Assembly: GCA_964016885.1 (NCBI GenBank)
Contig: OZ024757.1
Location: 37,572,001 to 37,636,000, forward strand
Direction of reading: 5' to 3'
Origin: Eledone cirrhosa
Lineage: Eukaryota
DNA length: 64,000 bases
Under the pieces are notes generated by a model, which saw only the letters and a list, made by a program, of their open reading frames with translations, searched no databases and was not told the origin of the DNA. Below are positions 39,297 through 53,406 of the stretch, one piece after another; the first letter of the stretch is position 1; the number at the start of each line of letters is the position of its first letter. A program made the position numbers and the translations under genes.

Positions 39297-40463
39297 ATAT
39301 TTTCATGGTAAAGGCTCTCATATTTATCTCACATAATATCGAATCCACTTGTTTTTTTTAAATATTATTTTAATGGTGATTTAACCCTGTAACATTCAAA
39401 CCGGCCATATCCGGCCAGAAATGTCTTACCTCTTTCTGTTCAAACCAGCTGTAACTGGCCACTTATACTGATGTTAAGGTATTGTTCTAAAAAAGATAAC
39501 ATCAACAGCTCATAGATTCGAAATTACGTGAGATAATTATATAAGATAAAGTGTTTACTACAAAAAATATATAGAGTAATGTGAATGCTAAAGTGTTAAG
39601 AAAGATTTGGTTGCTATTTCTAGTAATTTGAATGATCGGGTTGTAGATCGTCTCATTCGTCTCGATAATATTTAAATGGGTTAGTGTATTTTTTAATATA
39701 AAGAAGCGGTAAAAAATAAAAGAAACAGAAATCCAATCATATTAGTTTAAATAGCAAACGAACGAAATGTGTGAAAAGTTATAAATTAAGGTTTATGACC
39801 AGTCAAACGATAACTATGTCAAATATTTTAAAAAACAACAAACAAGTGTACTTTTCAAGCGCTAATTATTTTAATGCCGTTGTGATTTCGTTGTTTTTTC
39901 AGCCATTTTTATCTGTTTCGTTTTGCTTTCAAACTGTAGCATTAAACAACATCGCTCCTTTATGTTCCATAAATGTGGGTTGTCAACTCAAATACTATAA
40001 ATGTAAATACGAGACAGAATTATTAGCACGACCACATAACTATCTGAAATGGAGGCAAAGCCGAAAGCCCTTAAATAGACAAATAAAATGTAGCGTTATT
40101 ATTTCTGCTACCTCCTAAACCTCCCCCCTCTCTACTTCTCTCTTTCTCTTCTATCATATTTATGAACCTATATCACTATCTTTATCGTTATTTTCCTTTC
40201 TCTCTTTACTACCTATAATACTTATTAATTATGACTCTATATATGAAATATATATACATATACATGAAATTATGACTATATATATGAGATATATATATGC
40301 TTATAAATAAATATATATATATACACATACGACTATATATATATATATGAAATTATGACTATGTATATGATATATATATATAAATAGATATGTATAAAAT
40401 ATATATATGTATAAAATATTAATTCAAAATATTAACAAATATAGACATTCGTGTGATCAAGTA

Positions 40464-40530
40464 TATTTTATTATACATACTTCAGAGGTACTGAGCTATC
40501 TTCAACAGTACGTCCTCATCAGATAAAATA
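40464..40530 (-). ncRNA. Type I hammerhead motif (family E) with a GAAA->GAAG substitution
   Basis: Minus strand: UAUUUUAU-CUGAUGA-GGAC-GUACUG..CAGUAC-CUCU-GAAG-UAUGUA-UA|AUAAAAUA. Perfect 8-bp stem I. The sister copy at 19982-19985 retains GAAA. Confidence 0.65.
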
Positions 40531-40850
40531 AGATGATGCTTGACATACCTTGACTAAGTAGATGGTTAAAATTCAGTCATGGCAGTGAATTTTAAATATT
40601 TTGCCATGACTGAATATATATATAAGTATATATGTATATATATATGTATATATATATGTATATATATATGTATATATATATGTATATATATATGTATATA
40701 TATATGTATATATATATGTATATATATATGTATATATATATGTATATATATGTATATATATATATGTATATATATGTATATATATATATGTATATATATG
40801 TATATATATATGTATATATATGTATATATATATGTATATGTATATATATG

Positions 40851-40885
<35 letters not shown>

Positions 40886-41040
40886 GTATATATATATATG
40901 TATATATATATATGTATATATATATATGTATATATATATATGTATATAACGAAGGAAATGTGGTAAGGAACCAGGTGGACCATAACGCACCAAAGTACTC
41001 AATACTTGAGGTAGTAGAGTGGGTAATAGGAACCAGTAAG

Positions 41041-41134
41041 ACCCCGACAGCTGAGCTCAAGCCGTTTCGACGGCTAATTCTGGACTAAATGAACATTTAT
41101 CCTGGTATTTAAATAGCCGATCTTCTCAAGGGGT
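41041..41134 (-). ncRNA. Type I hammerhead ribozyme, U3-A8 core variant (sense copy)
   Basis: Exact reverse complement of 43041-43134. Confidence 0.75.
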
Positions 41135-42232
41135 AATTCCATATATGGTCAAAGTGATTGTCAAAAATCAGTAGTAATTCTGTGGTTGCAAATTAGTAGG
41201 GGAGATGGTGGCTAAACCTGCCAGTAGGAGAAAGAGGGGAGGGGGTGGAGTAGACCCAATCAAGCGTTGGTAGTGCCAGCTACAGCTGGGCATGAGGTCA
41301 AAGAAGATACAGGGGAGGGGGAGGGGGAGGAAGTCGGAACGGTAGGTAGAACAATGGGGGGTAAAAATAGGATAGAAAAAATACTGAGAGTGAAGAAAAG
41401 CAAATAAGTGTAAAGAAAAAATTAAATTCTACGACCTAGGTGTCAGGCTATTGTTAGGCGAGAATAAAATAAAGAAAGAAAGAAAGAAGTAAATAAATAA
41501 ATAAATAAATAAATAAGGAAATAAGTAAAAGAACTAGGTGGGACGAATTAGGCAAGGACCCTTTTAAGAGGTATAAGTACGTAAATGATACGGTGACTGG
41601 TCAACAAAAGGGGCCAAAATACTAAAGAGACTACCACGAAATAAACAATAAAGGTTTCCATCCCGGGCCAGCAACGACCCAGTGCAGCAAAGTGAACTTG
41701 TACGACATAATAATTCTGAGTCCCGGGAAAAATATATACTAATGCTAACTCTAAAAGATCTAAAACAAGCTACATGAAAGTTCGTACGAAATAAAGGTAG
41801 AATACGGAGAAATAAGTTCAGAATCCACCCCGCCCAGAAGAAAAGCGAAGCAAGAAATACTGAAACGAAAAAATAAGGCATAAGTGCCACTAAGAAATAT
41901 AGAGGGCACAGAGAATAGTGGGAGCGGTCGGAAAAGGGGGGCAAGTATCCGGGGTCTAAGCCAACTGCTATAAAGGGCGGAGTCCGCCAAATCTATCAAA
42001 GACTAGGGGAGGGGGGAGTGGGGGTACTAAGGCTACATGGGGCCAAAGGGCAGCCTCGGGTGGGCGAGAAAAGACGCCGACAAAGGAGAAGAGCTGGGGT
42101 AGAAGGACAAAGGAGAGAGGGGGGAAGGAAATAAAGGATGCGATAAAAGAATACAAAGAAGATCTTACGTCTTCCTTGGCAAGCAGGGGTTACCCATTGC
42201 AAAATCGGCAACTGGGGTGTTATAGCCCTAGT

Positions 42233-42628
42233 CTACCCCCCCGGGTCATTATGGGGTTTGAGGGCGAGGTAAGTCCTACGCAATCTATGTTTACATGCAG
42301 TAACCAGTTCATCTTTCTTGTTTAGGAGTTGGTCCGTCGAAAACAGCATTTGTAAAGTTTCCTCCGAGCATAAATTGCACGGACGGCGTCCTCCCGTGTA
42401 AGAATTGGCTCTGGACAGTAATCTCCAAGTGAGATCATAGGTGATGTTGTTGTCCTTGAGGTCCCATATGTGGCCCGAAAGTGTAGTGGCGTGACGCCGG
42501 GCCGGGTTTCGGAAGGTATGTCTATGTTGGTATAGCCGGGTCTTGAAGTCACATGCGGTAAGTCCTATATAGGCTTTGTTGGAGGTATCCGTCCTCACGT
42601 TGCACTGGTAGATCACATTACGGTCTCT
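42233..42628 (-). CDS. C-terminal GIY-YIG endonuclease domain of the PLE ORF (5'-truncated)
   Basis: NVIYQC-x10-YIGLT...FKTRLYQH...LSGHIWDLK...WRLL...CNLCSEE...LLNKKDELVTACKH. Contains VIY/YIG motifs and conserved R, E and N, plus CxxC...CxH. Intact frame to the stop. Confidence 0.9.
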   Translation of the reverse strand, partial: RDRNVIYQCNVRTDTSNKAYIGLTACDFKTRLYQHRHTFRNPARRHATTLSGHIWDLKDNNITYDLTWRLLSRANSYTGGRRPCNLCSEETLQMLFSTDQLLNKKDELVTACKHRLRRTYLALKPHNDPGG

Positions 42629-43040
42629 GCTTATTTATTTATTTATTTATTTACTTCTTTATTTATTTATTTATTTATTTATTTACTTCTTTCTTTCTTT
42701 CTTTATTTTATTCTCGCCTAACAATAGCCTGACACCTAGGTCGTAGAATTTAATTTTTTCTTTACACTTATTTGCTTTTCTTCACTCTCAGTATTTTTTC
42801 TTTCCTATTTTTACCCCCCATTGTTCTACCTACCGTTCCGACTTCCTCCCCCTCCCCCTCCCCTGTATCTTCTTTGACCTCATGCCCAGCTGTAGCTGGC
42901 ACTACCAACGCTTGATTGGGTCTACTCCACCCCCTCCCCTCTTTCTCCTACTGGCAGGTTTAGCCACCATCTCCCCTACTAATTTGCAACCACAGAATTA
43001 CTACTGATTTTTGACAATCACTTTGACCATATATGGAATT

Positions 43041-43134
43041 ACCCCTTGAGAAGATCGGCTATTTAAATACCAGGATAAATGTTCATTTAGTCCAGAATTA
43101 GCCGTCGAAACGGCTTGAGCTCAGCTGTCGGGGT
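43041..43134 (+). ncRNA. Type I hammerhead ribozyme, U3-A8 core variant (inverted copy)
   Basis: ACCCC-UUGAGAA-GA(U)CGGCUA...UAGCCGUC-GAAA-CGGCU-UGAGCUC-AGCUG-UC|GGGGU. Predicted GUC cleavage after 43129. Confidence 0.75.
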
Positions 43135-43148
43135 CTTACTGGTTCCTA

Positions 43149-43868
43149 TATATATATATATGTATATATATGTATATATATGTATATATATGTATATATA
43201 TGTATATATGTATATATATGTATATATGTATATATGTATATATATGTATATATGTATATATATGTATATATGTATATATATGTATATATGTATATATATG
43301 TATATATATATGTATATATATGTATATATGTATATATATATGTATATATATATATATATGTATATATATATGTATATATATGTATATATATATGTATATA
43401 TATGTATATATATGTATATATATATATATATGTGTATATATATGTATATATATATATATATATGTGTATATATATGTATATATATATATATATATGTGTA
43501 TATATATGTATATATGTATATATATATGTGTATATATATGTATATGTGTATATATATGTATATGTATATATATATGTATATATGTATATATATGTATATA
43601 TATATGTATATATATGTATATGTATATATATATGTATGTATATGTATATATATATGTATATATATGTATATATATATGTATATATATGTATATATATATA
43701 TGTATATATATGTATATATGTATATATATGTATATGTATATATATGTGTATATATATGTATATGTATATATATGTATATGTATATATGTGTATATATATG
43801 TATATATATGTATATATATATGTATATATATGTGTATGTATATGTATATATATATATGTATATATATG

Positions 43869-43903
<35 letters not shown>

Positions 43904-44024
43904 GTATATATATATATGTATATGTATATGTATATATGTATATATATGTATATATATATATGTATATGTATATATGTATATATATATATATGTATATGTA
44001 TATATATGTATATGTATATATATG

Positions 44025-44057
<33 letters not shown>

Positions 44058-44063
44058 GTATAT

Positions 44064-44154
<91 letters not shown>

Positions 44155-44166
44155 TGTATGTATATG

Positions 44167-44217
<51 letters not shown>

Positions 44218-44228
44218 GTATGTATATG

Positions 44229-44283
<55 letters not shown>

Positions 44284-44825
44284 GTATATATATATATGTA
44301 TATATATATATGTATATATATATATGTATATATATATATGTATATATATATATGTATATGTATATATATGTATTGATATGTATATATATATGTATATATG
44401 AATATATATATGTATATATGTATTGATATGTATATATATATGTATATATGAATATATATATGTATATATGAATATATATATGTATATATGTATATGTGTT
44501 TATATATATATATATATATGTTTATATATATATATATATGAATATATATATATATATATGTATATATGAATATATATATGTATATATGAATATATATATA
44601 TATAATGTATATATGAATATATATATATATAATGTATATATGAATATATATATATATATATATATGAATATATATATATATATAATGTATATATGAATAT
44701 ATATATATATAATGTATATATGAATATATATATAATGTATATATGAATATATATATATGTATATATGAATATATATATGTATATATGAATATATATATGT
44801 ATATATGAATATATATATGTATATA

Positions 44826-44872
<47 letters not shown>

Positions 44873-44903
44873 GAATATATATATATATATATATATGTAT
44901 ATA

Positions 44904-44942
<39 letters not shown>

Positions 44943-44965
44943 GAATATATATATATATGTATATA

Positions 44966-45054
<89 letters not shown>

Positions 45055-45079
45055 GAATATATATATATATATGTATATA

Positions 45080-45113
<34 letters not shown>

Positions 45114-45243
45114 TATATATATATATATATATATATATGAATATATATATATATATATATATATGAATATATATATATATATATATATATATGAATATAT
45201 ATATATATATATATATATATGAATATATATATATATATATATA

Positions 45244-45282
<39 letters not shown>

Positions 45283-45345
45283 GAATATATATATATATGT
45301 ATATATGAATATATATATATATATATTCATATATATATATACACA
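43149..45345. repeat. 2.2-kb (TA)n array, changing from TATG to TATGAA interruptions
   Basis: Directly visible. Confidence 0.95.
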
Positions 45346-45697
45346 CACACATATTAAATTCTATTCTATTCCCCATTTTAATTATCACAATAGTGTCAAG
45401 AATAACAAAAACAAAACTGGAACTAAAACGAAAAACGAAACGAAACGAAACAAAACAAAACAAAAACCCAAAATAAGCCAGAATAAATCAGACGATATGT
45501 ATTTGTTGAATTTCTGGTAATAAAGAAATATCTTTCCTACATTTCTGGCCAAATGTCAGTATTATACAAGGGAGTAAGTGCAGCCTATTGAACCAACTAC
45601 ACTTCCTCCCGCCGTCGCCAAATGACCAGTACATATTCTGTACTTTATCTCTCTCTCTGAGAGATATGTAATATAAATACTTGTTTATATATATACG

Positions 45698-45734
<37 letters not shown>

Positions 45735-45763
45735 GATTATATATATATATATATATATACGAT

Positions 45764-45803
<40 letters not shown>

Positions 45804-45820
45804 GAGTATATATATATACG

Positions 45821-45857
<37 letters not shown>

Positions 45858-45874
45858 GAGTATATATATATACG

Positions 45875-45921
<47 letters not shown>

Positions 45922-45938
45922 GAGTATATATATATACG

Positions 45939-45989
<51 letters not shown>

Positions 45990-45991
45990 GT

Positions 45992-46187
45992 GAGGTTTTT
46001 TTACAAAATGAAAAATAACCGAGGTGTCCTACACGAGTGAAAGTATAAAGAAAGAAAGATGAAATCGAAAATGCAACTGGAGTCTTATTTAAAAAATATA
46101 TATATATTTATTTGGTTCCTTTACCGGTTTCGCAGTTCTTCGGCTTTTCAAAAGTAGAGTTGAGATGGAGGGTCTGTGGTTTTTCTC
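45992..46187 (-). mobile_element. Family G interspersed repeat with a minimal U3-A8 hammerhead motif (46118-46154)
   Basis: About 195 bp, highly similar to 57125-57325. Minus strand: CUU-UUGAAAA-GCCG-AAGAA-CUGC-GAAA-CCGG-UA|AAG. Confidence 0.7.
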
Positions 46188-46213
46188 ACATATATATATA
46201 TTAAATGTGCATC

Positions 46214-46297
46214 CTGAATGAAACATTTCTAGTCCTGTGGAAGCCATTCTATATATAATATAGAATTGGCTTCTACAGGACTAGAACTGTTTCATTC
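46214..46297. mobile_element. Tail-to-tail inverted pair of a short repeat (family H), related to 228-266
   Basis: GAATGAAACATTTCTAGTCCTGTGGAAGCCATTCTATA and its inverse TATAGAATTGGCTTCTACAGGACTAGAACTGTTTCATTC. Resembles a hammerhead 3' half (GAAA-CAG..CUG-UA). Confidence 0.55.
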
Positions 46298-46959
46298 GTT
46301 TTAACTTGGGATCTCCCCCCCCCCTCTCCCTCTCTATATATAGTTGAAATGAAGGAATAAAAACACAAGAGGCAATTCTACAGTTATATTAGGTTGACGC
46401 TTGGAGGAATTGGAGTTAGATCGATATATATAACGATCTATTTATATATATATATCTCTCTCTGTCTATCTGTCGGTCTGCTTGTCTATCCACTTATCAA
46501 TCTATTTATCTATCTGACAGAGAGAGAGAGAGAGGGGATTGGGTGGGGGAATCAACCTCAGTATTTGTCTGGTATTTTATTTTATTGATCTGGAGAAGAT
46601 GAATCGCAATAGGAATGTTGAGCTCGGTGGGAATTGACCTCAGACCGCAGAGAAGCCGAACCAACGCCGCTAACCATTCTATCTGACGTTCTTACCACTC
46701 GGCCAAGCAGCGTTCATACACCACCACCACCACCATCATCATCTACAACTACTCTTTATATGATGACGATCATCATCACCACCACCACCACCACCATCAT
46801 CATCTACAACTACTCTTTATATGATGACGATCATCATCACCACCATCACCCCCACCATCATCATCATCAACAACAACTACTCTATATAAGTTGTAAAGAC
46901 TGTTTTATTTCATTGTAATATATATATTTCACAATAGCAGTGGATGTTCCTTGGTATTG

Positions 46960-47315
46960 GTGGTGGTAGTGGTGTTAGTAGTGGTGAAAGTGGTAGTGAA
47001 TGTGGTGGTAGTGGTGTTAGTGTGGTGGTAGTGTTAGTAGTGGTGAAAGTGGTAGTAAAGGTAGTGAATGTGGTGGTAGTGTGGTGGTAGTATGAGTAGT
47101 GGTGAAAGTGGTAGTAAAGGTAGTGAATGTGGTGGTAGTGTGGTGGTAGTATTAGTAGTGGTGAAAGTGGTAGTAAAGGTAGTGAATGTGGTGGTAGTGT
47201 GGTGGTAGTATTAGTAGTGGTGAAAGTGGTAGTAAAGGTAGTGAATGTGGTGGTAGTGTGGTGGTAGTATTAGTAGTGGTGAAAGTGGTAGTAAAGGTAG
47301 TGAATGTGGTGGTAG
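46960..47315. repeat. Minisatellite of about 59-bp units built from GTG/GTA triplets
   Basis: TAGTGGTGAAAGTGGTAGTAAAGGTAGTGAATGTGGTGGTAGTGTGGTGG repeated about 5 times. Confidence 0.9.
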
Positions 47316-47399
47316 AAGTAGTACCAGAATACAATTGTTTTACGCTCATATCACTTGGTAACATAAATTACCTAAGTTATCGTCATTCACACACACACA

Positions 47400-47451
<52 letters not shown>

Positions 47452-47582
47452 ACGCTCTCTCATTTTCGCGCGCGCGTGCGCAGACCCCCCCCCCCATATA
47501 TATATATATACATACACTTTCTCTTTTTCGCGCAGACACATACACATATATATACACATATTTTTTATATATATAGGCATTT

Positions 47583-47643
<61 letters not shown>

Positions 47644-47926
47644 CACACATATATACAAAAATACCTACTCATATGCATAGCTACACGCGAAATGACACAA
47701 AACAATATATCAGGAGATAGACATTTAATTAAACCGTCAATTACAAGTTATATATGAGAGACTTGAGTTGCGACATCTGTTACATTTTTAGTTTTACTGA
47801 AATAATTTAATAAAATAATAAACGAATAAAAAAATATCTACGTACACCATCAATTTTACCATTTTCCTCATCTCCTCCATCCCTAAAAAAGTACTCCTTC
47901 CTTCACACAAAAAATGACCAATAGAA

Positions 47927-48030
47927 GCAGGCATGGTTGTGTGGTTAAGGACTTTACTTCGCGAACATGTGGACTCGGGTTCAGTCCTACTGCGTGGCAC
48001 CACCTTGAGGCAAAGGTTTTTACTGTAGCT
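47927..48030 (+). mobile_element. tRNA-derived SINE head (second family)
   Basis: GGCATGGTTGTGTGGTTAAG (A-box-like), GGGTTCAGTCC (B-box-like), then GCGTGGCACC. Confidence 0.7.
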
Positions 48031-48037
48031 TGTTGAC

Positions 48038-48350
48038 ATGACTATCTTCCCCCGTTCCGTGGTGGTAACCTGTCCATCTGGGATGCCACATCGAGCGAAA
48101 CTTTCTCCAGCGGTAACCAGGCAACGTCTAGGACTAACCCAGGCTCTGCTGCAGTTGGGGTCGAAGGGAGAGTAAACTCTCCGAATATCGGTCTGTGACC
48201 CTTGCGAACAAGAATGGCTCTTCTAGTGTGTCTACCCCCCCCTCCCCCAGAGAAACGTCTCATCTATTCTTTCCACTGGAGGCCGCAGGGAGCCTAGCAC
48301 ATAGGGCCCCATTTGTTTACAATAGTAAGAGAAGGGTAGCGCGCGAGAGA
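48038..48350 (+). mobile_element. Internally deleted CRE-like LINE fragment (REL endonuclease region)
   Basis: Frame from 48052 reads PFRGGNLSIWDATSSETFSSGNQATSRTNPGSAAVGVEGR, like 'PWxxGxxLxWDATxxDT...GxAAxxAExRK'. The 3' part is homologous to 4185-4360. Confidence 0.7.
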
Positions 48351-48359
48351 TGGTCGAAC

Positions 48360-48735
48360 TTGGTGTATATATGTATATACACTATCGAACCTGGTGTATA
48401 TATGTATATACACTATCGGACCTGGTGTATATATGTATATACACTATCAGGCCTGGTGTATATATATATATATATATGCTATCAGACATGGTGTATATAT
48501 GTATATACACAATGGGACATGGTGTATATATGTATATACACTATCGGATCTGGTGTATATATGTATATACACTATCAGGCCTGGTGTATATATATATATA
48601 TATATACGCTATCAGACATGGTGTATATATGTATATACACTATCGGGCCTGGTGTATATATGTATATACACTATCGGGCCTGGTGTATATATATATATAT
48701 ATACGCTATCGGAGCTGGTGTATATGTATATACAC
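48360..48735. repeat. Minisatellite of about 31-bp units with an internal palindrome (GGTGTATATATGTATATACAC-TATCGG)
   Basis: About 11 units. Confidence 0.9.
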
Positions 48736-49475
48736 CATCCTTAATTCCCACCTCATGTGTCAAACTTAGAAATCAATTATTGAACTAGTTAGTATCGAAC
48801 ACTACATTGTTTTAAACGGTGCAGTATAACTTATTTTCTGGTGAGGCTAACTTGCAGAGCTAAACCTTTGACAGATCACAAAGATCTAATGTGATATTAC
48901 GCAGATCAACAGCTTTCTGTATTGCATTAAGCAAAGAGGAAAAACACAGCTCTCCTAACGTGAATATAATCCAGATCTGTCATATATTAATTTCCCATGA
49001 TAAAAGCCTCAAGTTAAAGGCAATTCACAGATACGTAACTATACACAAAAATAGTCAGCGAATCATTCTAAGTTACGTGGTTTTAGTCATGAGCACTTCA
49101 TCAAATTTTCAACAGTAGGTCGACAATATAAAGTTACGATCTATCTACCTATCTCTTTGGCTGCCTGTCTGTTTGTCAGTCTGTGTAATCTCTATCTGGC
49201 TATCTATCTATCTATCCATACATATATACTCTCTCTCTCTCTCACACACATATAACACACACACACACATATATATACACACACAAATGGAAGGTTAGTA
49301 AATCGTTATGGCTGTGGCCAAGCTAACGAGATACAATTAGGTTTGCGCAAAGCACTCGATCAGGGTGTATCACCTTAGAGTAATTAACATACGTTAGATA
49401 GCATGACAAACTGCGGCAAGCGGGCCTAGCCATATAATACACCAAAGCCACGAAAATACAATCAGGTTAGATAAC

Positions 49476-49661
49476 TGTTTCTACTTTAGGCACAAGGCCA
49501 GCAATTAACCAGTGCACTACTGGTACTTTATTTTATCGACCCCGTAAGGATGAAAGGCAAAGTCAACCTCGGCGGGATTTGAACTCACATCGTAAAGGGA
49601 CGTAACTATGCTGGAAAGCATGGCGTCCGACCCTCTACCGATACTGCCAATCCACCGCCTT
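49476..49661 (-). mobile_element. Full-length tRNA-derived SINE with a 14-bp target-site duplication
   Basis: TCAGGTTAGATAAC at both 49462-49475 and 49662-49675; intact A and B boxes. Confidence 0.93.
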
Positions 49662-49690
49662 TCAGGTTAGATAACAATATATATATATAT

Positions 49691-49891
49691 ATAGGAAAAG
49701 AGTCAGGACCCCGACGGCTGAGCTCCGGCCGTTTCGACAGCTAGATCCGAACAGTTCGGATCTAGCTGTCGAGACGGCCGGAGCTCAGCCGTCGGGGTCC
49801 TGACTCTTTTCCTATCACCCACTCTACTACACTAAGTATCGAGTACTCTGGTGCGTTATGGTGCACCTGGTATCTTACCACACTTTCTTTG

Positions 49892-49893
<2 letters not shown>
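49691..49893 (+). mobile_element. PLE family A hairpin+tail insertion (62-bp arms, centre 49753)
   Basis: Palindrome 49691-49815 has one mismatch, followed by the family A tail; (TA)n on both sides. Confidence 0.9.
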
Positions 49894-49926
<33 letters not shown>

Positions 49927-50010
49927 AAAATTGAACGGGAACAAAACAGAGAGGCAGTACGAACAAAGGTTTATTAATTTCACGCTCTTGAGAGTGGGGT
50001 GGTGGTGGGG

Positions 50011-50046
50011 AACGACGTTTCGGGCATAAGTCCTTCTTCAGGTGAA
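50011..50046 (-). ncRNA. Minimal PLE-type hammerhead motif
   Basis: Minus strand: CAC-CUGAAGA-A-GGAC-UUAU-GCCC-GAAA-CG-UC|GUU. Weak stem I. Confidence 0.6.
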
Positions 50047-50168
50047 AGGCGTGTGGGAAGAGAGTTCAAAGGGTGTGTAGGGGAGTGGTGGAGAGACATA
50101 TAGCAAAAAGAGGGTGAAATGGCAGGAGCCCAAACAGGTTGAATTTCCTTAATTATTTATTTCTGCAA

Positions 50169-50226
50169 ACATTATGCACATTTCAGCACCCAGGTTGCGT
50201 AAGAACCCGGTGACATCTTCAGGTGT
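50169..50226 (-). ncRNA. Type I hammerhead motif
   Basis: Minus strand: ACAC-CUGAAGA-UGU-CACCGGGUU..AACCUGGGUG-CU-GAAA-UGUGCA-UA|AUGU. Mildly degenerate. Confidence 0.6.
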
Positions 50227-50370
50227 ACAATGCATAATAGATGCATACAAACGGAATGATGTTACACCTGTATATATATATATATATAACAACCAGTAAG
50301 TGAGTTTGAAAATAGAATTAGAAGCTGCAGTGGGGTTTAGAACCTTCTAAGAAATGGAAAAAGAGATATG

Positions 50371-50912
<542 letters not shown>

Positions 50913-51352
50913 ATATATATATATATATGCTAAACTTCTGTGTAATCATTCTGGTGTAAGGATTTCTCAAAGGAAACCAACATGGATTTTGCAGAAGTTT
51001 TTGAAGCGTTGTGCATAAATTGTGTGTTCCTCTGTGTGAGTATCTGCATGGTCTTATGTGTGTGACTGTCTAGTAGTATGACTGTATGTCGGCGAGAATG
51101 TATGCCTGTGTGGTCGTGTGTGTGTGTGTGTGGTCGGTGTGTCTTCTGGAAAAAGCTATTCCTTGCCATTGAAGTCATAAGTGCATTACAAATGCCGAAA
51201 TGCAAAGAAAAACAACAAAAAAAACAACAAAAAAACAACAAATAAAATTCAAAAGATACATTCACACAAAACTATATATATATATATATACATACATATA
51301 TACATATACATGCATATACATACATATATACATATACATACATATACATACA

Positions 51353-51395
<43 letters not shown>

Positions 51396-51419
51396 TACAT
51401 ATACATACATATACATACA

Positions 51420-51479
<60 letters not shown>

Positions 51480-51499
51480 GCATATCCCAAGTAGCGATA

Positions 51500-52935
51500 C
51501 TAATATATATGTATATATGTGTATGTGTATGTATATATATGTGTATATGTATATATATATGTATATATATATATGTGTATGTATATATGTATATATATGT
51601 GTATGTATATATGTATATATATATATGTATATATATGTGTATGTATATATGTATATATATGTGTATGTATATATGTATATATATGTGTATGTATATATGT
51701 ATATATATGTGTATGTATATATGTATATATATGTGTATGTATATATGTATATATATGTGTATGTATATATGTATATATATGTGTATGTATATATGTATAT
51801 ATATGTGTATGTATATATGTATATATATATGTTTATGTATATATATATGTATATATATATGTTTATGTATATATATATGTATATATATATGTTTATGTAT
51901 ATATATATATGTATATATATATGTTTATGTATATATATATATGTATATATATATGTTTATGTATATATATATGTATATATATATGTTTATGTATATATAT
52001 ATGTATATATATATGTTTATGTATATATATATGTATATGTATATATATATGTATATGTATATATATATGTATATGTATATGTATATATATATGTATATGT
52101 ATATGTATATGTGTATGTATATATGTATATATATATGTGTATGTATATATGTATATATATATGTGTATGTATATATGTATATATATATGTGTATGTATAT
52201 ATGTATATATATATGTGTATGTATATATGTATATATATATGTGTATGTATATATGTATATATATATGTGTATGTATATATGTATATATATATGTGTATGT
52301 ATATATGTATATATATATGTGTATGTATATATGTATATATATATGTGTATGTATATATGTATATATATATGTATGTATATATGTATATATATATGTGTAT
52401 GTATATATGTATATATATATGTGTATGTATATATGTATATATATATGTGTATGTATATATGTATATATATATGTGTATGTATATGTGTATGTATATGTGT
52501 ATGTATATATGTATGTATATGTGTATATATATATGTATGTATATGTGTATATATATATGTATGTATATGTGTATATATATGTGTATGTATATGTGTATGT
52601 ATATATGTATGTATATGTGTATATATATATGTATGTATATGTGTATATATATATGTATGTATATGTGTATATATATGTGTATGTATATGTGTATATATAT
52701 GTGTATATATATATGTATGTATATGTGTATATATATATGTATGTATATATGTGTATATATATATGTATGTATATATGTGTATATATATATGTATGTATAT
52801 ATGTGTATATATATATGTATGTATATATGTGTATATATATATGTATGTATATATGTGTATATATATATGTATGTATATATGTGTATATATATATGTATGT
52901 ATATATGTGTATATATATGTGTGTGTGTGTGTGTG
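51500..52935. repeat. (TATG/TA/TG)n compound microsatellite with higher-order units
   Basis: Directly visible. Confidence 0.95.
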
Positions 52936-53130
52936 TAAATATAATGTATATACATGTAATATATATATATATGTGTGTATATATGTATATATATGTTAGA
53001 AATGCTATTAAGAAAAAATACGAGGATATTCGATAAAAACATGGAAGAGTAGCTTTGATTGACATCGATTTGACATTGATATTATTCCATTATTGAATCT
53101 ATGGAGCTCTTACTCCATTACAGACTGTAC

Positions 53131-53162
<32 letters not shown>

Positions 53163-53373
53163 ATATATATGTATGTGTGTGTGTATATATATATATGTGT
53201 GTGTGTGTATATATATGTGTGCGTATATATGTGTACGTATATATGTGTGTGTATATATATGTGTGCGTATATATATGTGTGTATATATATGTGTGTGTGT
53301 GTATATGTATGTATGTGTATATGTATGTTTGTATATGTATATATTTGTATATATATATGTATGTATGTATGTT

Positions 53374-53406
<33 letters not shown>

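Larger units (their letters stand above)
40948..43148 (-). mobile_element. 5'-truncated Penelope-like retroelement (family A) with an inverted terminal repeat, inserted in (TA)n
   Basis: GIY-YIG ORF end at 42628-42233, then a 3' region of about 1.3 kb with a hammerhead and tail. 41027-41517 is repeated in inverted orientation at 42630-43148, almost identically. (TA/TG)n lies on both flanks. Confidence 0.92.

Noticed and set aside
23268-49661. A/B-box sequences as tRNA genes
   Set aside because: They continue into a SINE core and tail, are multi-copy, one has a TSD, and none folds as a full cloverleaf.
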